From Candidatus Hydrogenedentota bacterium (GTDB lineage Bacteria > Hydrogenedentota > Hydrogenedentia > Hydrogenedentales > SLHB01): a stretch of 27,682 nucleotides of DNA. Made by a program: the position numbers and the translations under genes. The stretch covers positions 1 through 27,682 of the forward strand of contig JARKSN010000259.1 of NCBI GenBank assembly GCA_029974275.1, read 5' to 3'. Shown piece by piece: positions 8,487 through 17,396 of the stretch; the first letter of the stretch is position 1, and the number at the start of each line of letters is the position of its first letter. The notes under the pieces were generated by a model, which ran no database searches, was not told the origin of the DNA, and saw only the letters and a list, made by a program, of their open reading frames with translations.

Positions 8487-9362
8487 CTACGCCGCCGCTC
8501 CGGCGGCAATCGCCCCCATCATGCCGCGGCTGTTGTCCAATTGCGTGCGGATGCGTTCGACCATCGAATCGTCCAAGCCCAACAGCTCCGCGGCAGGCGC
8601 GTAGACATGGCAGGGCGCATCGGGTTTCACGGCCCGGATCGTCAGCCAATTCGTCACCGCATTCGCCGCATGGGCGGCATACGCCAAGGCCTGATGGTCC
8701 GTTGCCTGCTCGGGGGCATGGTGCAGCGCTATGGCGTGCGTCAGCGAAGGCGGAAGCTCCCACATCTCCGCCAGCCAGCTTCCAATCGCAGGGTGGGTCG
8801 CTCCATCCAACACTTCCCGCTCGGCATCCAGGTTGTCTACGCCCTCTTCCTGCCGCACCCGCGCAATCGCCGGCAACGCTTCCGGAAAATACTGCGCGAT
8901 CACGACCTTGCCAATGTCATGCAGCAGACCGGCGACATGGGCATTGGACAGTTCGGCGCGCGGCGCTTGGCTCGAAGTCTCCAACACGCTCGCCGCCACC
9001 GAACACGACAGACTGTGCTGCCAAAGCAGACGCAGGCACCGATTGCTTTTGGCGTCGTGGCCAAAGAGATTGATGACGGAAATGGCAAGGGCAAGGCGTT
9101 CGACCTCGGCAAAACCAAGAATGACGACGGCCTCGGGGATGGCGGCGATTCGGCGTCGAAACCCGTAATAGCCTGAATTCACCGCCCGCAATACGCGCAA
9201 GGTGAGCGCTTGATCGGCCGATATTTCCGCGGCGAGTTCGACGGCCGTCGAGGTTTCGTCCTGGACCAACGACAGAATATGCGCCAACACCGAGGGCAGC
9301 GTGCCCACCTCTTTGATCGCGTGCATTCGCTCATACACGTTCGTGACACGCACACTCGTCAC
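8487..9362 (-). CDS. HDOD domain signal-transduction protein
   Basis: LPSVL...DQALTLRVLRAVNSGYYG...AVVILG...LWQHSL...GLLHDIGK...HPAIGSWLAEMWELP...HH. GTG start at 9362 follows GGGAGG. Confidence 0.92.
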   Translation of the reverse strand: MTSVRVTNVYERMHAIKEVGTLPSVLAHILSLVQDETSTAVELAAEISADQALTLRVLRAVNSGYYGFRRRIAAIPEAVVILGFAEVERLALAISVINLFGHDAKSNRCLRLLWQHSLSCSVAASVLETSSQAPRAELSNAHVAGLLHDIGKVVIAQYFPEALPAIARVRQEEGVDNLDAEREVLDGATHPAIGSWLAEMWELPPSLTHAIALHHAPEQATDHQALAYAAHAANAVTNWLTIRAVKPDAPCHVYAPAAELLGLDDSMVERIRTQLDNSRGMMGAIAAGAAA

Positions 9363-9437
9363 GCTCGAAACCTCCCGCCGGCGCTGCGTTTGGGGAGCGC
9401 AGGCCCAGCGTTCTTCCCTCAACTATCGTGCAAGGCG

Positions 9438-9466
9438 ACTATATGATCGCATCGGGAAAAAGTCAA
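9438..9466 (-). promoter_or_regulatory. sigma70 promoter of the HDOD gene
   Basis: TTGACT-17 bp-TATAGT. Confidence 0.7.
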
Positions 9467-9485
9467 GGAATGCCGACGGCCGCGT

Positions 9486-10802
9486 CTACCCGACGCAGAC
9501 CATGTTTTTGCCGCCGGATTTGGCTTGATACAACGCGGCGTCGGCCGCCCGGACAAAGGCGTCGCCGCTCATGTTTTCCGTCATCTGCGCCACGCCCATG
9601 CTCATGCTGGTTTCGTAACGAGCCGCGCTGCTGAACTGTGCGCGGATGCGCTCGGCCACGTGCCGCCCCGCCTCCGCGTCCGCGCCCGTCAACAGAATGG
9701 CAAACTCATCGCCTCCATACCGGAATCCGTCATCTTTCTCGCTCCGGATGTTATTCAAGATGAGTTCGCCCACCAGATGCAACACCTCGTCGCCGGCCGG
9801 ATGCCCGTACGTGTCGTTGCAATGCTTGAAATTGTCGATGTCGATAAAAACCAACGTGACCGGTTGATGGGTCTTGCGCGCCCGCGCCATCGCGCCTTCC
9901 AGACGCGTACAGAACGCCCGGTGATTGAACAAACCCGTCTTGCCGTCTTTTTGGGCGATATCCGCCAGACGCTGCTGCATTTCCCGCTGAACCGTGACAT
10001 CCTTGAACGTCAGCAGCAGCACCGGCTCGGGCTCCACGTGAATATACGTGACGCTGATGTCGAACCATGCATCCCCTGCCGTTTCCGAAACGACGCGGAT
10101 ATCGGCCAACGTTCCTCGGCCTGTCTGGGCGATCATGCCCAGTCCTTCCTCGAGACGCGTCCGCTCGGAAGAGCCGAAAACGTCAAAAAGACAAGCCCCC
10201 ACCACCTGGGAAGACGACACGCTGAAACACTCGCAAAACGCCTGGTTCACGTCGCGGATCACATGCCCCTGGGGCGCCACCAACAGCATGCCGCTCATGC
10301 TGAGTTCGAACAGGCTGCGGTATTTCTTCTCCGCCTGATTCTGAGCCGCCCGCATCGCCTCGATCTCTTCCCGATCCCGTTGAATCTGAAGCCGCTCGCG
10401 GCGAAGTTCCTCGGTCAGCGCCCGCTCCTTGAAAACGCGCACCAACTTGGCGTGCATTTCGCCCAGCTGACAAGGCTTCGAAATAAAATCGGACGCGCCC
10501 GCCTGGATGATCTCTACGTAGGCAAAGGCCTCGGCATACGCCGTCATGACAATGATCGACACATCCGGCCATCGCGAGTTCACCTCGGAAATGAGTTCCA
10601 ACCCGCAACGCCCCGGCATGACCATGTCGGAAACGAAAACATCAAACGAGCCCGAGGAAAGCGCCGCCAGCGCAGACGCGCCATCGTTCGCCCGGGTCAC
10701 CTCGCACCCGAGCCTCTCCTCCACCAGTTGCGCCAGAGCATCGACCGCCGCAGGCTCATCATCCGCTATCAAAACGCGCCGACCGCCGTATAATTCTGTC
10801 AT
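9486..10802 (-). CDS. Response-regulator diguanylate cyclase (REC, coiled coil, PAS, GGDEF)
   Basis: REC motifs LIADDE, SDMVMPG, MTAY, KP; PAS YRSLFE...DVNQAF...KDVT; GGDEF motifs DIDNFKHCNDTYGHPAGD, RYGGDEF, ADAALYQAKSGGKN. ATG at 10802 follows GAGGAGGA. Confidence 0.95.
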   Translation of the reverse strand: MTELYGGRRVLIADDEPAAVDALAQLVEERLGCEVTRANDGASALAALSSGSFDVFVSDMVMPGRCGLELISEVNSRWPDVSIIVMTAYAEAFAYVEIIQAGASDFISKPCQLGEMHAKLVRVFKERALTEELRRERLQIQRDREEIEAMRAAQNQAEKKYRSLFELSMSGMLLVAPQGHVIRDVNQAFCECFSVSSSQVVGACLFDVFGSSERTRLEEGLGMIAQTGRGTLADIRVVSETAGDAWFDISVTYIHVEPEPVLLLTFKDVTVQREMQQRLADIAQKDGKTGLFNHRAFCTRLEGAMARARKTHQPVTLVFIDIDNFKHCNDTYGHPAGDEVLHLVGELILNNIRSEKDDGFRYGGDEFAILLTGADAEAGRHVAERIRAQFSSAARYETSMSMGVAQMTENMSGDAFVRAADAALYQAKSGGKNMVCVG

Positions 10803-10829
10803 CAAATTCCAGTCCTCCTCCGATCCCTG

Positions 10830-10858
10830 AGTGTACTCAACCCGCCCGATTAAATCAA
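10830..10858 (-). promoter_or_regulatory. sigma70 promoter of the diguanylate cyclase gene
   Basis: TTGATT (10853-10858)-17 bp-TACACT (10830-10835). Confidence 0.65.
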
Positions 10859-10871
10859 TCGCCCTTTCTCG

Positions 10872-11134
10872 CAGGGCAATCGGCATTACATGGCCGAGGG
10901 AAATGGTGCGTGGGAATGGCCATCGTTAATGTCTTTGTAGCGCCCGGTCTCTGTGCCGGGCGGTTTTACGGCAAGCGATGAGACGAATCCACACCCCCCG
11001 GATCATTGCGCCCAGACCCGCCCGGCACGGAGACCGGGCGCTACAAAGACGAAAATCGTGCGCCAACGGTGAAATCGGAACGTATATGGAGCCAAAAAGC
11101 CCTAATGACTCAGAATTTTAATGCAATGGCCCTG
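10872..11134. mobile_element. 263-bp MITE with ISAs1-like ends, copy 1 (complete)
   Basis: Left end CAGGGCAATCGGCATTA, right end TAATGCAATGGCCCTG (imperfect inverted repeats). Exact 10-bp direct repeat CCCTTTCTCG at 10862-10871 and 11135-11144. Near-identical copy at 27434. No transposase ORF. Confidence 0.9.
10931..11050. repeat. REP doublet (REPIN-like) inside MITE copy 1
   Basis: 33-bp inverted arms at 10931-10963 and 11018-11050 (1 mismatch) with a 54-bp spacer. Each arm is GTAG plus hairpin CGCCCGG-N8-CCGGGCG. Confidence 0.88.
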
Positions 11135-11307
11135 CCCTTTCTCGCCTGCCGCGACAAAGGCAGAGCCCGCAGACACGGGATACCGAAAAAACCGGCGTGT
11201 AGAAAAGCGGAAGGCAGCGGCGCGATCGATCGCCTATGCCCCGCCGCCGTTCTCGTCGGCACGGCGGAATCCACAATCAGCACGCGATGGCCCCGGCGCG
11301 ACGCGCA

Positions 11308-12666
11308 TCATCCGTGCACGTATCCCGCTCCCGGCGATGCATGCGCGAGGAGGATAGCCTCGGGCGGGATGGGGAGGTTGCGAGAGGCGAGATAACGTTC
11401 GTGGTACTCGCGACGGACGCGCTCCTGAAAATTCTGGACTGCATCGCGATGAACCAAATTGACGGTGCAGCCGCCGAAGCCTGCTCCGGTAAGGCGCGCG
11501 CCGATGGCCCCGGCCTCGCGCGCGATCGCCACAAGGGCGTCGAGTTCCGGGCAACTCACGCCGTAATCGCCGGCGCAACTCTCGTGCGAGGCGTTCATGA
11601 GATCGCCGAAGGTCTCCGCGTCGCCCGCAACCAGCGCGTCGCGAGCCGCCTCGACGCGCTGGTATTCGGTCAACTGGTGGCGCGCGCGCGCCTGCAATCG
11701 GAAGCCGCCCTCGGGTTCGGGCAGGTCGCCGATGTAACGGCGGCGGACCTCTCCTGCGCCGATGCCGAGCGCTTTTGCGGCGTCCTCCAACGTGGTGCGA
11801 TCGGCGGGAAAAGCCTTCTCGAAGATTTCGCGCACCTCGCCGTGCGTGAGGCAAAGCGGGCCGTACCATAGATCAGCCAGCGAATGGATATTCACCTCCT
11901 CGCCGAAATCCTTCTGGACCTGGCGCTCGGCCAACGCGCGAATGAGGCGGCATGTTGTCGGTCCGGCGTTGTACCGATGCAGCGCGGCGCCGGTTTTTGG
12001 CGCCGTCACAAGCGTGTTGCACACGACAAAAACGAAATCGCGCGGCAAGGGAACGTGCTCGATGCGCAACGGCGCAAAATCGATCTTGCAGGCGTCCTGA
12101 TCGCTGCCGAGAAGGATGATGGCCTGGTCCATGCCGCCGCCGCGCGTGCCGACGTACTGTTCGGCCTCTGCGAGCACCCCCGCGAGATCGATGCGCGAAA
12201 CCGAGTTGCCCAACGCGCGCCCCGAAACATCGAGATACGCGAGCGCGCACGCGACGACCAGCGCCGACGAGGAACTCAACCCCGCCGCAACCGGCACATC
12301 GCCCGCAACGAACAGGTCCATGCCCGCATGCTCGCGAAAACCGAAATGATCATTGATCCCCGCGATGGCCGCCTTGCAGTAATTTTCCCACGAGCCCGGC
12401 AACGACGCAGGAATGTCCGCGCGGTTCTCGAAGACGACACCCGGAAACGCGTCATGCCACGACCGCATCCGCACGACATGATCCGCGCGCGGCGCAAAGG
12501 CGACGCACACGTCGCGGTCCACCGTCATCGGCAACACCGGCAAGCCGTTATAATCGAGATGCTCCCCGATCAGGTTCACCCGGCCTGGCGCCCGACAGAC
12601 TCGCGGCGGCGCCGCGCCCGGAAAAGCGCACGAATACCCTTCCATTAGTTCCGAAACGTTCGTCAT
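11308..12666 (-). CDS. galK: Galactokinase (GHMP kinase)
   Basis: APGRVNLIGEHLDYNG, PVAAGLSSSSA, GGMDQ and GARLTGAGFGG motifs. Confidence 0.93.
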   Translation of the reverse strand: MTNVSELMEGYSCAFPGAAPPRVCRAPGRVNLIGEHLDYNGLPVLPMTVDRDVCVAFAPRADHVVRMRSWHDAFPGVVFENRADIPASLPGSWENYCKAAIAGINDHFGFREHAGMDLFVAGDVPVAAGLSSSSALVVACALAYLDVSGRALGNSVSRIDLAGVLAEAEQYVGTRGGGMDQAIILLGSDQDACKIDFAPLRIEHVPLPRDFVFVVCNTLVTAPKTGAALHRYNAGPTTCRLIRALAERQVQKDFGEEVNIHSLADLWYGPLCLTHGEVREIFEKAFPADRTTLEDAAKALGIGAGEVRRRYIGDLPEPEGGFRLQARARHQLTEYQRVEAARDALVAGDAETFGDLMNASHESCAGDYGVSCPELDALVAIAREAGAIGARLTGAGFGGCTVNLVHRDAVQNFQERVRREYHERYLASRNLPIPPEAILLAHASPGAGYVHG

Positions 12667-12711
12667 AGCCCCCCGATTTCAACGCTATTTGCCGTAGATT
12701 CACGAGGAGCG

Positions 12712-12740
12712 ATTCTACTGGCCTGCGCGGGGAGGTTCAA
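12712..12740 (-). promoter_or_regulatory. Putative sigma70 promoter of galK
   Basis: TTGAAC-17 bp-TAGAAT. Confidence 0.6.
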
Positions 12741-12854
12741 CCGGCCGGCATGCATTCCATCCTGACCCAGTAGTTGGGACGGGCATGAACAGACGGAAAA
12801 TCCACAACCTGTTGTTTTTCGGATTGGGGGAATACAGGATATTGGGATTATTGC

Positions 12855-12883
12855 TTGACACAGACACGATTCTTGTCTACACT
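12855..12883 (+). promoter_or_regulatory. sigma70 promoter of the lytic transglycosylase gene
   Basis: TTGACA-17 bp-TACACT. Confidence 0.8.
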
Positions 12884-12943
12884 AAGGACGACAGGGGGAA
12901 CCCTCGACGTTTGTGACAAGCCCTCGCATCAGGGAGATTGTGT

Positions 12944-15376
12944 GTGAAAATCCGACTATGCCGAGTGCTGTGTGGCGTTGTGGCGGCCGGTATGCTGAGT
13001 GCGGTCGGCTGCACGACGACCACGAAAAACAGCGCCGCTCGCCCAGCGACCGCCCATACACCTTCCAAAGAAGCCTCGCTTTCCGCCGCCGAAGCGGCGC
13101 AGCCGCGATCGGCCACGGAGTTGTTGCGCGCGGCGAACGAGGCGTTTCGCAAGGCCAACGAAGCCCAGGAATCGGGCGATCGCGAAGCCGCGTTGCGTCA
13201 CTACACGCAGATGCTGGAACTCCTCATCAAGGCCGATCTCGATCCGGGCGTGTTTTATACGTTGCGGGGAGAATTCGAGCGCATTTTGGTCGATAAAGGG
13301 CCTCAGGAGGCCGATCTGTCCGACAAAGACCGTCCGCGTTCCGGGGATTACGCAAAGGAATTGGGCGATTTGCGGTTGCCGGGCCCTTTGCCGGAACGTG
13401 TATTGCAGCAATTGGATCAAATCCAGCGCGCCTACCCCAAGAATTTCCAGGCGGGATTGAATCGCAGTTACAAGTACGCGCCGCATATCCGGCAGGAATT
13501 CGCCAAGGCGGGCCTTCCGGCAGACCTGATGTGGCTGGCGCAGGTGGAAAGTCAGTTTTCTCCGAAGGTGGTGTCGCGCGCCGGCGCGGGCGGCATGTGG
13601 CAGTTCATGCGGGGCACTGCCAAACGCTATGACATTCGGATGGATACGTACGTGGACGAGCGGTTCAATTGGAAGAAATCGACGCGCGCCGCGGTCAGCT
13701 ATTTGACCGAACTGTACAATCGCTTTGATCAGAATTGGCCCTTGGCGATCACGGCCTACAATATGGGCGAGGGCGGCGTCGAGAGAGCCATTGCGGCCAA
13801 TGGCGGCGAACGCGATTTGTGGAAGCTGATCGAGACCCCCCCCGCCTCCAACATGATGCAAAACGAGACAAAGGACTTTTACGCCAAGCTGCTCGCCACG
13901 ATTATCGTGGCCCGAAATCCCGACCGGTATGGCATGACGGTCGAGCCGCGCAATCCGGACGATACGGTGGAAATCCCCGTGACGGGGACGTATGCGTTGT
14001 CCGATTTGGAGCGTGCGTGCGGCGTTGGCGAGGACGCGCTTCAGGAATTGAACCCGGATCTGCTTCGAGGAGTGACCCCGCCGGACGGTCATCCCGTGGT
14101 TGTCCCTAGCGCCATTCGAGAGCAATTTTTGGTCGCCTTGAACGAAGTGCCCCAAACCAAACGCATTCCTCGGGTGGCGGTGGCTTCGTCGCAGGAAAGC
14201 GAACGGCGCGGTTCGACGGGCAGCGCCTCGTACGTTGTCCGGAAGGGGGACACGCTGGCGGCGATTGCGGCGAAACATCATATGTCGGTGAGTGAATTGG
14301 CCTCCGCCAACAAGATGCGTTCGTCCGGACGGCTGCTTTCCGGACAGCGTCTTGTGATTCCCGAAAGGCCTGGAAAAGACAAGGGGTTCGTGAAGTCGGG
14401 TCCGGACGGAAAGGTGCAGATAGCCCAAAAAAAGGCAGCCGACGCGGAGGCTCAAGGGGATACCGCCGATAGCGGATCGGATGTTGCGATCGCCAAGGAT
14501 CGGCTGCATCGCGTGGAACGCGGCGAGACGCTCGTGAACATCGCCAAAGCGGAAAACGTGAGCGTTCGCGAGATTGTGGCGTGGAATGGAATCAAGGAAA
14601 ACGATCTTCTTCGGGTCGGGCAGCAGCTAATCGTTCAAAAGGGGACGTCCAAAGCGGCGGTTCCAGCCAAAGGTTCGTGCGTCGAACATGAGGTGAAGGC
14701 GGGCGACACAGCATCCCGGATCGCTCAGACGTACAACGTCGCCATAGCGGATTTGTATGCGTGGAACGATCTCGGGCCGAAATCGGTTCTGAAAACGGGC
14801 CAGAAGCTCGTGCTCCAACCTCCTGCAGGCGCGACAAACGTCTCCGCCGCCCAAACGTCCGGGGGGCGCTCCGAAGAAGCGGCGCGCGCATCCCAGGGGA
14901 AAGAGAAATCGGAATCCGCCACGCGGGAAACGCCGCACATGCATACGGTCGCCAAAGGCGACACCGCGTTGGCGATTGCCAGCAAATACGGGGTTCCATT
15001 GAAAGCGTTTTTGGAATGGAACAATCTCAACGAGGGATCGGTGCTCCGGGTAGGAGATGAATGCGTCATTAGCCTTGCGGCCGCCAGCGGCACGTTGACG
15101 GAGAAGCCTGTGGCGGCGATTCCGGACGCGAGTGCAAAGGAAACCGCCAGTGCTGCGAGCAAAGCGGGCAAGAACGCCAAGGGGGCGCCATCGTATCGGA
15201 CCGTTACGGGCAAGGGCAATGCCGCAAAAACGACGTACGTGGTGGTCAAGGGGGACAGCCCTTCGTTAATCGCTCAGAAGTTCGGCGTTTCGCTGCGCGA
15301 CCTCTACGCGTGGAATAAGTGGGACAAGTCCACCGTTCTTCGAGTGGGACAGCAGGTGACGGTTTCTCGCCCGTAA
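12944..15376 (+). CDS. mltD: MltD-like lytic murein transglycosylase lipoprotein with five LysM domains
   Basis: Lipobox-like LSAVGC; SLT motifs VES, AGGMWQFM, AYNMGEG, ETKDFY; five (Y/H)xVxxG(D/E)(T/S)...IA...N repeats. Start is GTG 12944 or TTG 12938, after GGGAG. Confidence 0.92.
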   Translation: MKIRLCRVLCGVVAAGMLSAVGCTTTTKNSAARPATAHTPSKEASLSAAEAAQPRSATELLRAANEAFRKANEAQESGDREAALRHYTQMLELLIKADLDPGVFYTLRGEFERILVDKGPQEADLSDKDRPRSGDYAKELGDLRLPGPLPERVLQQLDQIQRAYPKNFQAGLNRSYKYAPHIRQEFAKAGLPADLMWLAQVESQFSPKVVSRAGAGGMWQFMRGTAKRYDIRMDTYVDERFNWKKSTRAAVSYLTELYNRFDQNWPLAITAYNMGEGGVERAIAANGGERDLWKLIETPPASNMMQNETKDFYAKLLATIIVARNPDRYGMTVEPRNPDDTVEIPVTGTYALSDLERACGVGEDALQELNPDLLRGVTPPDGHPVVVPSAIREQFLVALNEVPQTKRIPRVAVASSQESERRGSTGSASYVVRKGDTLAAIAAKHHMSVSELASANKMRSSGRLLSGQRLVIPERPGKDKGFVKSGPDGKVQIAQKKAADAEAQGDTADSGSDVAIAKDRLHRVERGETLVNIAKAENVSVREIVAWNGIKENDLLRVGQQLIVQKGTSKAAVPAKGSCVEHEVKAGDTASRIAQTYNVAIADLYAWNDLGPKSVLKTGQKLVLQPPAGATNVSAAQTSGGRSEEAARASQGKEKSESATRETPHMHTVAKGDTALAIASKYGVPLKAFLEWNNLNEGSVLRVGDECVISLAAASGTLTEKPVAAIPDASAKETASAASKAGKNAKGAPSYRTVTGKGNAAKTTYVVVKGDSPSLIAQKFGVSLRDLYAWNKWDKSTVLRVGQQVTVSRP

Positions 15377-15495
15377 TCGGCCGACCGGCCCCCAAGGTCT
15401 TGTGGCGTTGAAGCGGGGGCAACGCCGCGACAGGAAGCGGGGCATCGCGCCTCGTCCAGCACGCAATCCAAGGAGGAGCGCCGCCAGGGCAGGCT

Positions 15496-17313
15496 ATGTC
15501 AACAGGAGCAGGGGCAACAGGGGCAGGACAACGGGCCCTGCAATCGCTCGGTTATGTTCCGGTGTTGCATCCGGAGCTGTTGGCGCTGTATCCGGTCTTG
15601 GGCCTGTACGCCCACAACGCGGGCAAATTGCCCATGTCGTTTCTGGCAAGGCCCGCCGCCTTCATGGCGCTGGGGGCTTTGTTGCTTTGGGTGCTGCTTT
15701 CCCTGCTCTTGCGCAATATCCATCGCGCGGGTCTCGTGACGTCTTTGCTGGTGTTTTCCGCCTTTTCGGGGTGGGGCGTTTGGGCCTCGTTGATGGAGGC
15801 GGCGCTGCCGATCGCGAGCGGTCTTCACGCCTCTGTGTTCATGGCGGCGTATGCGGCGATCGTGACGGGATGCGTGTTGTTGTTGGTGCGGTATCGTCCG
15901 CGCGCGGAGCAAGGCGCGTCCACGCGAAAAGGCGTGGCCGTTTTCGTGGCCGCCGCCTGCGTGATTGGAGCGGCGGCATGGGCGCTGCTTGGGCCGGTGC
16001 TGCCTCGCGGCGGCGATTGGATGATGGCGGCATATCTTGGCATTGTCGTGGCCGTATACATGCTGTTGCTGGCGTTTCGCGGCGATTGCCGTCAAGCGAC
16101 GCGCACGCTGAACTGGTTCGCATTCGTGTTGATTTTATTGACGGCGGGCAACATCGCGTTGCGCCGTCACGAGGAGCCCGCGATTGCCATTCCCCCGCTG
16201 GAGGAAGCCGCGTCGCGGACCGTTCGCTCGGCGACGCCGGAGTCGCCGTATCCCGACATTTATTTGATTGTGCTCGAGGGGTATGCGCGGGCGGATGTGC
16301 TTCGCACGACATACGGCTACAACAATCTTCCTTTTCTTGACGCCATGCGCGCCAAGGGTTTCCAGGTGGCCGATCGGAGTTTTGCCAACTATCCCGTATC
16401 GCTGGCTGCCGTGGGCTCCATGCTCAACCTCGATTATCTGCATGCCCTGATCGGACCCGAAACGTCCGCCGACGCCGGGTTGCCGTCGCTTGTTCATGCG
16501 TATACGGAGAATCGGGCGTTTCAGTTTTTGCGGTCGCGAGGATATCGCATCGTGGCGTTTTCGCCGCGCGAGGACGCCTTGGAGCCTTGCCCGCCCATGG
16601 CCGATGTGGCGCTCAAGCCTCCGTTCGCCGTCAGTGAATTCGAGCAGGTGCTGTTGCGCAATTGCGCGTTCGCGCCCATGCTCGACAGCGCCTATTATTG
16701 GCGACACGGCGTTTCGGGCTATTGGCTGAACGCGTTTAGCCGTCAGCGCGTGCGGTATATCGTTTCCAACATCGCTTCCGCGGCCGGCGATGCCCCCCAA
16801 CCCTGCCTCGTGTTCGCGTATTTGCTCGTGCCGGAACAGCCCTTCTTGTTCACGCACGGCGGCTGGTGGGCGAAGCCGGTGGGTTTTTCGCTGCGCGGCG
16901 AGCCGGTTCGGGCCACGTGGCGCCAGTATTTCGAGGGGTATGTCGAACAGCTGCATTACGTGAACCGGCGGCTTCTCGAGATAAGCGATGCCTTGACGGC
17001 TTCCTCGACGCGTCCGTCGGTCGTGCTGATAGTATCAAGCCGCGGTCCCGGTTTTGAGCCTGCTTCCGCGCATGGCGACATGGCCGCTTTGCGCGATCGG
17101 TTCCCCAATCTTGTCATGGTCCGGTTTCCCGATGCGTCCGGCGCGGACGCCGCGCGGCTTCCGCAAAACATTAGCCTCGTGAACGTGCTGCGTTTCACGT
17201 TTGATCGCGTGTTTGGCGCTTCGTTCGGCCTGCTGCCGGACGAGGCCTTTGTCTCTTCCGATCGATCTCCTCTTGACGTCAAGCCGCTTGCTGTGTCCGA
17301 ACTGTCCAAGTGA
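15496..17313 (+). CDS. Membrane-anchored sulfatase/alkaline-phosphatase-fold protein with degenerate metal motifs
   Basis: About 7 N-terminal TM segments, then PDIYLIVLEGYARADVL, ANYPVS..SMLNLDY, FAYLLVPEQPF and VLIVSSRGP. Confidence 0.75.
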   Translation: MSTGAGATGAGQRALQSLGYVPVLHPELLALYPVLGLYAHNAGKLPMSFLARPAAFMALGALLLWVLLSLLLRNIHRAGLVTSLLVFSAFSGWGVWASLMEAALPIASGLHASVFMAAYAAIVTGCVLLLVRYRPRAEQGASTRKGVAVFVAAACVIGAAAWALLGPVLPRGGDWMMAAYLGIVVAVYMLLLAFRGDCRQATRTLNWFAFVLILLTAGNIALRRHEEPAIAIPPLEEAASRTVRSATPESPYPDIYLIVLEGYARADVLRTTYGYNNLPFLDAMRAKGFQVADRSFANYPVSLAAVGSMLNLDYLHALIGPETSADAGLPSLVHAYTENRAFQFLRSRGYRIVAFSPREDALEPCPPMADVALKPPFAVSEFEQVLLRNCAFAPMLDSAYYWRHGVSGYWLNAFSRQRVRYIVSNIASAAGDAPQPCLVFAYLLVPEQPFLFTHGGWWAKPVGFSLRGEPVRATWRQYFEGYVEQLHYVNRRLLEISDALTASSTRPSVVLIVSSRGPGFEPASAHGDMAALRDRFPNLVMVRFPDASGADAARLPQNISLVNVLRFTFDRVFGASFGLLPDEAFVSSDRSPLDVKPLAVSELSK

Positions 17314-17396
17314 GGCGGGGCGAGCAAGGATAGGCCGTTATTCGTCGTGTATCGGAGCGACGTTCCCGGCGAGAAACGCGATCAACAAAACGCGGA

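Noticed and set aside
11006..11395. ORFs crossing the MITE copies (also 27315-27635, and the 5' extensions to 10886 and 27484)
   Set aside because: No transposase motifs, indels between the copies break frames, and better RBS-supported starts lie outside the element.
14230..15370. Repeated sequence blocks in the lytic transglycosylase gene
   Set aside because: Explained by LysM domain repeats.
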